A DNA stretch of 64,000 nucleotides from an uncultured Acidimicrobiia bacterium (GTDB lineage: Bacteria; Actinomycetota; Acidimicrobiia; IMCC26256; JAENVU01), in the NCBI GenBank assembly GCA_963820025.1, contig CAWFYL010000001.1:1000462-1064461 (forward strand), given 5' to 3'. Shown one piece after another: positions 60,391-64,000 of this stretch. Under the pieces are notes generated by a model. It saw only the letters and a list, made by a program, of their open reading frames with translations, did no database searches and had not been told where the DNA came from. Both the position numbers and the translations under genes were made by a program. Each line of letters starts with the position of its first letter. The first letter of the stretch is position 1.

Positions 60391-61620
60391 CTACGACTGG
60401 CGGGTGCGCGCGGCGTCGACCTCCGCGAGGTTCGCGGTGGCGAGCTCGAAGATGCGCGCGGTGCAGCCGGCCATCTCGACCGGCGGGAGGAGCTCCTCGA
60501 CGATGCGCGCGGCGAGGGCGTGGAATGCTGCTCCGGCCGGGCTCTCGGGGTCGGCCCAGGCTGCCGGGACGCCGCCGTCACCCCCCTCGGACACCGCGGG
60601 TGCGAGCGGGATGGACGCCACCAGCGGTGCGCCGATCTCGGCCGCGAGCGCGGCGCCGCCACCGGATCCGAACAGCGCGAACCGCTGCCCGTCGGGCGCG
60701 ACGAACTCGGTCATGTTCTCGACGACACCCACGACCTTCAGGTACGTGCGCCGCGCCATGTCGGCGACGCGGGTCGCGACCTTCTGCGCGGCGAGCGCGG
60801 GCGTCGTGACGACGAGCATCTCGGTCTGCGGCAGCAACCGGGCCAAACCCATCTGCACGTCGCCGGTGCCGGGCGGCATGTCGACGAGCAGGTAGTCGAG
60901 GTCGCCCCAGCGCACGTCGGTCAGGAACTGCTCGAGCGCCTTGGTGAGGATCAGCCCGCGCCACATCAGCGCGGTGCTCTCGTCGTCGACGAGGAACCCC
61001 ATCGACACCACTTCGACGCGGCCGCCTCCCGGGGCGTCGAGGCGGTGCGGAAGGATCTTGCCGTCCTCCCCGGAGAGCCGGCCGTCCACGCCGAGCATCC
61101 GCGGCACGCTGAAGCCCCAGATGTCCGCGTCGAGCACGCCGACCCGCAGACCGCGTGCAGCGAGCGCGGCGGCGAGGTTGACGGTCACCGAGCTCTTGCC
61201 GACGCCGCCCTTCCCGCTCGCGATCGCCAGGACGCGCGTGGTCGCGGAGATCTCGGTGCTGGGCGCGTTCTCGCGGGCGGTCCAGCGCGCCGCCTGCATC
61301 GCGGCCGTGCGTTGCTCCTGGGTCATCTCGAGGTAGTGGACGTCGACCTGCGTGACGCCGGGAAGGCCGCGCACCTTGGACTGCACTTCCTTCTTGATCT
61401 CCGCCCGCAGCGGGCAGCCCAGCGTCGTGAGCGCGATGTCGACGACAACCAGCCCATCCGGGCTCACCCGCACCCCGTCGACCATCCCCAGATCGGTGAT
61501 GCTCGCGTGGAGCTCGGGGTCGATCACCCCCGCGAGCATGCGCCGGACGTCCTCCGGGGAGGGCGCAGCCGAGGCCTTCGGCGCCTCGGGATCGCGGGGA
61601 TCGACCGGCTCAGTGTCCAT
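60391..61620 (-). CDS. mrp: Mrp/ApbC/NBP35-family Fe-S cluster carrier ATPase
   Basis: N-terminal DUF59-like domain (IDPELHASITDLGMV) plus deviant Walker A ASGKGGVGKSS. Confidence 0.9.
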   Translation of the reverse strand: MDTEPVDPRDPEAPKASAAPSPEDVRRMLAGVIDPELHASITDLGMVDGVRVSPDGLVVVDIALTTLGCPLRAEIKKEVQSKVRGLPGVTQVDVHYLEMTQEQRTAAMQAARWTARENAPSTEISATTRVLAIASGKGGVGKSSVTVNLAAALAARGLRVGVLDADIWGFSVPRMLGVDGRLSGEDGKILPHRLDAPGGGRVEVVSMGFLVDDESTALMWRGLILTKALEQFLTDVRWGDLDYLLVDMPPGTGDVQMGLARLLPQTEMLVVTTPALAAQKVATRVADMARRTYLKVVGVVENMTEFVAPDGQRFALFGSGGGAALAAEIGAPLVASIPLAPAVSEGGDGGVPAAWADPESPAGAAFHALAARIVEELLPPVEMAGCTARIFELATANLAEVDAARTRQS

Positions 61621-61681
61621 GGCGTGAATAAAAACAGCCTACGTCTTGAAAATATGCCTGTGGGACCGGTACGGTCAAGGC

Positions 61682-62335
61682 ATGGAGCTCGAGGTCCTGA
61701 AGGCCCTGGGCGACGAGACCCGGTACGCGATGTACCGCGAGCTGGCCACGTCGACCACCCCGCTCTCCGCCCAGGAGCTCGCCGACGCGCTCGGCCTGCA
61801 CGCCAACACGGTGCGGCTGCACCTCGAGCGCCTGCGCGAGGCCGGGTTGGTGGACGTCGAGGCGATCCACCGCGGCACGGTCGGCCGCCCTCAGCACCTC
61901 TACTCGCTCGCGGCCGGCGCGCCGGGGCTCGGGTTCGACCCGCCGGCCCACGCGCTGCTCGCCGGGCTCCTCGCGGCGATGGCCGAGCAGATGGGCGCGG
62001 ACGCCGAGGCGGCGACCGCGACCGGTCGGGCGTGGGGCGTCGAGGCGGGCAAGCGCACCCGGAGCCGCTCGTGCCTGGACTCGCTCGCGGCCGAGCTGGC
62101 CCGGCTCGGCTTCGAGCCCGCAGCCGACGAGGACATCGGGCCCGACGGCACGGCCCGCATCGACTTCCTCCACTGCCCGTTCCGGGAGCTGGCCGAGGCC
62201 TACCCCGAGCTGGTGTGCAACCTGCACCGCGGCCTCTGCGAGGGCGTGGTCGAGCAGGCGCCCCCGGGAAGTGTCGTCGGCTTCTCGACGTTGTACGAGC
62301 CGGATCCGTGCCACGTCGTGGTCGCGGTAACCTGA
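61682..62335 (+). CDS. ArsR/SufR-like winged-helix regulator with Cys-rich C-terminal domain
   Basis: ATG at 61682. HTH segment LSAQELADALGLHANTVRLHLERLREAGLV. The C-terminal half carries CLDS..., HCPF, VCNLHRGLCEG and DPCHV. Confidence 0.75.
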   Translation: MELEVLKALGDETRYAMYRELATSTTPLSAQELADALGLHANTVRLHLERLREAGLVDVEAIHRGTVGRPQHLYSLAAGAPGLGFDPPAHALLAGLLAAMAEQMGADAEAATATGRAWGVEAGKRTRSRSCLDSLAAELARLGFEPAADEDIGPDGTARIDFLHCPFRELAEAYPELVCNLHRGLCEGVVEQAPPGSVVGFSTLYEPDPCHVVVAVT

Positions 62336-62367
62336 GTGCGCAGCCATCTCCCACGGAGGCCCCAGCG

Positions 62368-62721
62368 ATGACGAGTCTCAGCCTGACCGACGCCCGCCAG
62401 CAGTTCCTGCTCACGGACGCCGCCGCCGCGAAGGTGAAGAGCCTGATCGAGGCCGAGGACACGCCTGACCTCGCGCTGCGGGTCGCGGTGCGCCCCGGCG
62501 GGTGCTCCGGGTTCAGCTACGAGATGTACTTCGACGTCGACCGGGCCGACGACGACATCAAGAACGAGAAGGACGGGGTGACGGTCGTCATCGACCCGGC
62601 CTCGTTCCAGCACCTCGCCGGTGCGGAGCTCGACTACAAGGACGGCCTCCAGGGCGCCGGGTTCCACATCTCGAACCCGAACGCACAGCGCACCTGCGGC
62701 TGCGGTGAGTCCTTCTCCTAG
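62368..62721 (+). CDS. erpA: A-type Fe-S cluster insertion/carrier protein (ErpA/IscA/HesB)
   Basis: 117 aa with GGCSGFSY and a C-terminal CGCGESF. GGAGG lies 9 nt upstream of the ATG. Only the end of the 884-aa track ORF is real. Confidence 0.9.
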   Translation: MTSLSLTDARQQFLLTDAAAAKVKSLIEAEDTPDLALRVAVRPGGCSGFSYEMYFDVDRADDDIKNEKDGVTVVIDPASFQHLAGAELDYKDGLQGAGFHISNPNAQRTCGCGESFS

Positions 62722-62723
62722 AC

Positions 62724-62757
62724 CCTCAGGTCTGCGTGGACCTCAGGTCTGCGTGAC
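62724..62757. repeat. Direct tandem duplication, two copies of a 17-nt unit
   Basis: cctcaggtctgcgtg occurs at 62724-62738 and again at 62741-62755, with period 17. The second copy contains the AraC-family gene stop codon. Confidence 0.8.
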
Positions 62758-63567
62758 CCGACTGCGGTAGGCCGTCGGCGTCTCGCCGGCGTAGCGCCGG
62801 AACGCGCGGGTGAACGCGCTGACGCTGTCGAAGCCGACCGCGGTCGCGACCTCGAGCACGGTCGGACCAGGTTGGGCGAGCGTGGCCATGGCCCGCAACA
62901 GCCGCCGCTCGAGGAGGTACTGGCGCCAGGTCATCCCGGTGGCGGCCGAGAACTGGCGTCGCAGGGTCCGCTCCGAGATGCCGACGTCGCGGCAGACGTC
63001 GTGCAGGTTGACGTGGTCCAGGTGCTCGCCGGTGTACGCCATCACCGCGGCGATCAGCGGGTCGCTGCTGGTCGGCAGGCACAGCGGCGTCTCGTGGTCG
63101 AGCCACTCCGCCACGAGGTGCGAGAGCGCCTCGAAGAACGCGTCGGCGGCGGCATCGCTCTCGCGCCGCGTGATCGACCAACGCGCCGCGTAGACGATCA
63201 TCTCCCGGATCACGGGCGCCGCCGCGAGGACCCGGGCCCGCTCGTCGCGGCTCTCCACCATCGCGGGGTCGAAGAACACCGAGACGCTGCGCACCGATCT
63301 CAGCGTGGTGCGATGCACGACGCCGGCCGGGATCCACACCGCCTGCTGGGGTGGCAGGAGGTAGTGCGCGTTCGCGGTCTCGACCTCGACGACGCCCTCG
63401 AACGCGTACTCGACCTGGTGGAGGTCGTGGGTGTGCCAGTTCGTGACGAAGTCCACGCCGTCGTAGGCGAAGGTCCCGGCCCGCACCGGCGTCCCGCTCC
63501 GCATGTCCACCGCGAGGGCGTTGGCCGCAGTGGGCAGATCTTTGACCGGGCGTGCAGAGACGGCCAC
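62743..63567 (-). CDS. AraC-family transcriptional regulator with N-terminal cupin domain
   Basis: Cupin-like N-terminus (WHTHDLHQVEYAFEG) and a C-terminal double HTH (VATAVGFDSVSAFTRAFRRYAGETP). Confidence 0.85.
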   Translation of the reverse strand: MAVSARPVKDLPTAANALAVDMRSGTPVRAGTFAYDGVDFVTNWHTHDLHQVEYAFEGVVEVETANAHYLLPPQQAVWIPAGVVHRTTLRSVRSVSVFFDPAMVESRDERARVLAAAPVIREMIVYAARWSITRRESDAAADAFFEALSHLVAEWLDHETPLCLPTSSDPLIAAVMAYTGEHLDHVNLHDVCRDVGISERTLRRQFSAATGMTWRQYLLERRLLRAMATLAQPGPTVLEVATAVGFDSVSAFTRAFRRYAGETPTAYRSRVTQT

Positions 63568-63592
63568 GGCCGAAGAGCGTAGTCATAGGGAC

Positions 63593-64000
63593 ATGACCGC
63601 ACCCCGGCACGACGACGTCATCCGGACCTCGTTCCGAGGCCAGGTCCCGCTGTTCTCGGGGCCCACCTCACCGTTCGCGCGCCGGGCCCGATCGACGCGG
63701 ACCTGGCTGGAGCCTCTCGACGCCACGATGGTCGTCCTCGACGTGGCCTGCGGGGCCGGACACGCGGCCGAGCAGGTTGCGCCGCACGTCCGGCAGGTGG
63801 TCGGTGTCGACCTGACGCCCGAGCTGCTCGCACTCGGCGCGCGCCGGATGGAGGAAGCCGGGCTCGCCAACGTCCTGTTCCAGGAGGGCGACGCCACGTC
63901 GCTGCCGTTCGTCGACGCGTCGTTCGACCTCGTGTTCTGTCGGACCGCGGTGCACCACTTCGCCGACCCCACGGTCGTGGTCGCGGAGATGGCGCGAGTC
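63593..64000 (+). CDS. Class I SAM-dependent methyltransferase (3' end outside the window)
   Basis: My own translation from ATG 63593: MTAPRHDDVIRTSF...VLDVACGAGHAA (motif I)...VVGVDLTPELL...LVFCRTAVHHF. It is absent from the ORF track because no stop falls inside the window. Confidence 0.75.
   Translation, partial: MTAPRHDDVIRTSFRGQVPLFSGPTSPFARRARSTRTWLEPLDATMVVLDVACGAGHAAEQVAPHVRQVVGVDLTPELLALGARRMEEAGLANVLFQEGDATSLPFVDASFDLVFCRTAVHHFADPTVVVAEMARV

Noticed and set aside
60067-62721. 884-aa ORF on the plus strand
   Set aside because: Only the last 117 codons (erpA, from ATG 62368 with its own GGAGG) are protein-like. The rest is antisense to mrp or out of frame with the ArsR-like regulator.

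Overview
GC-rich, actinobacterial-type chromosomal core. No transposase, integrase, phage, CRISPR or recognisable defence genes, and I cannot point to a clearly novel system. Gene order resembles the mycobacterial recR/dnaX, ask-asd, moxR and whiB/ArsA-like ATPase neighbourhood (from memory, not searched). Supported content, left to right: an MMPL transporter fragment, secreted hydrolases, LacI and TetR-MFS modules; two tRNA-Ser, tadA, a long Alu-domain SRP RNA, dnaX-ybaB-recR; metX-metY; a conserved membrane-protein/MoxR-DUF58-DUF4350-DUF4129 cluster; a dispersed acyl-CoA island with ethylmalonyl-CoA pathway genes (thiolase, ccr, epimerase, pccB and epsilon subunit, meaA/ecm, hbd); ask-asd; an EAL protein; tRNA-Pro; an orphan receiver with two ArsA/Get3-like ATPases and NfeD; whiB, NUDIX, MBL; and an Fe-S carrier locus (mrp, ArsR-like regulator, erpA). 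The most striking observation is at least 16 reading-frame breaks confined to nine accessory genes, eight of them in the MoxR operon, while every core gene is intact. This means either gene decay or locally poor consensus. Secondary leads: the Bacillus-type large SRP RNA, a duplicated-domain lipoprotein, a degenerate GGDEF gene coupled to the B12 mutase, and short-motif-rich intergenic tracts. Many very long ORFs in the track are GC-driven artefacts. Start codons are often uncertain, because the track renders GTG starts as M.
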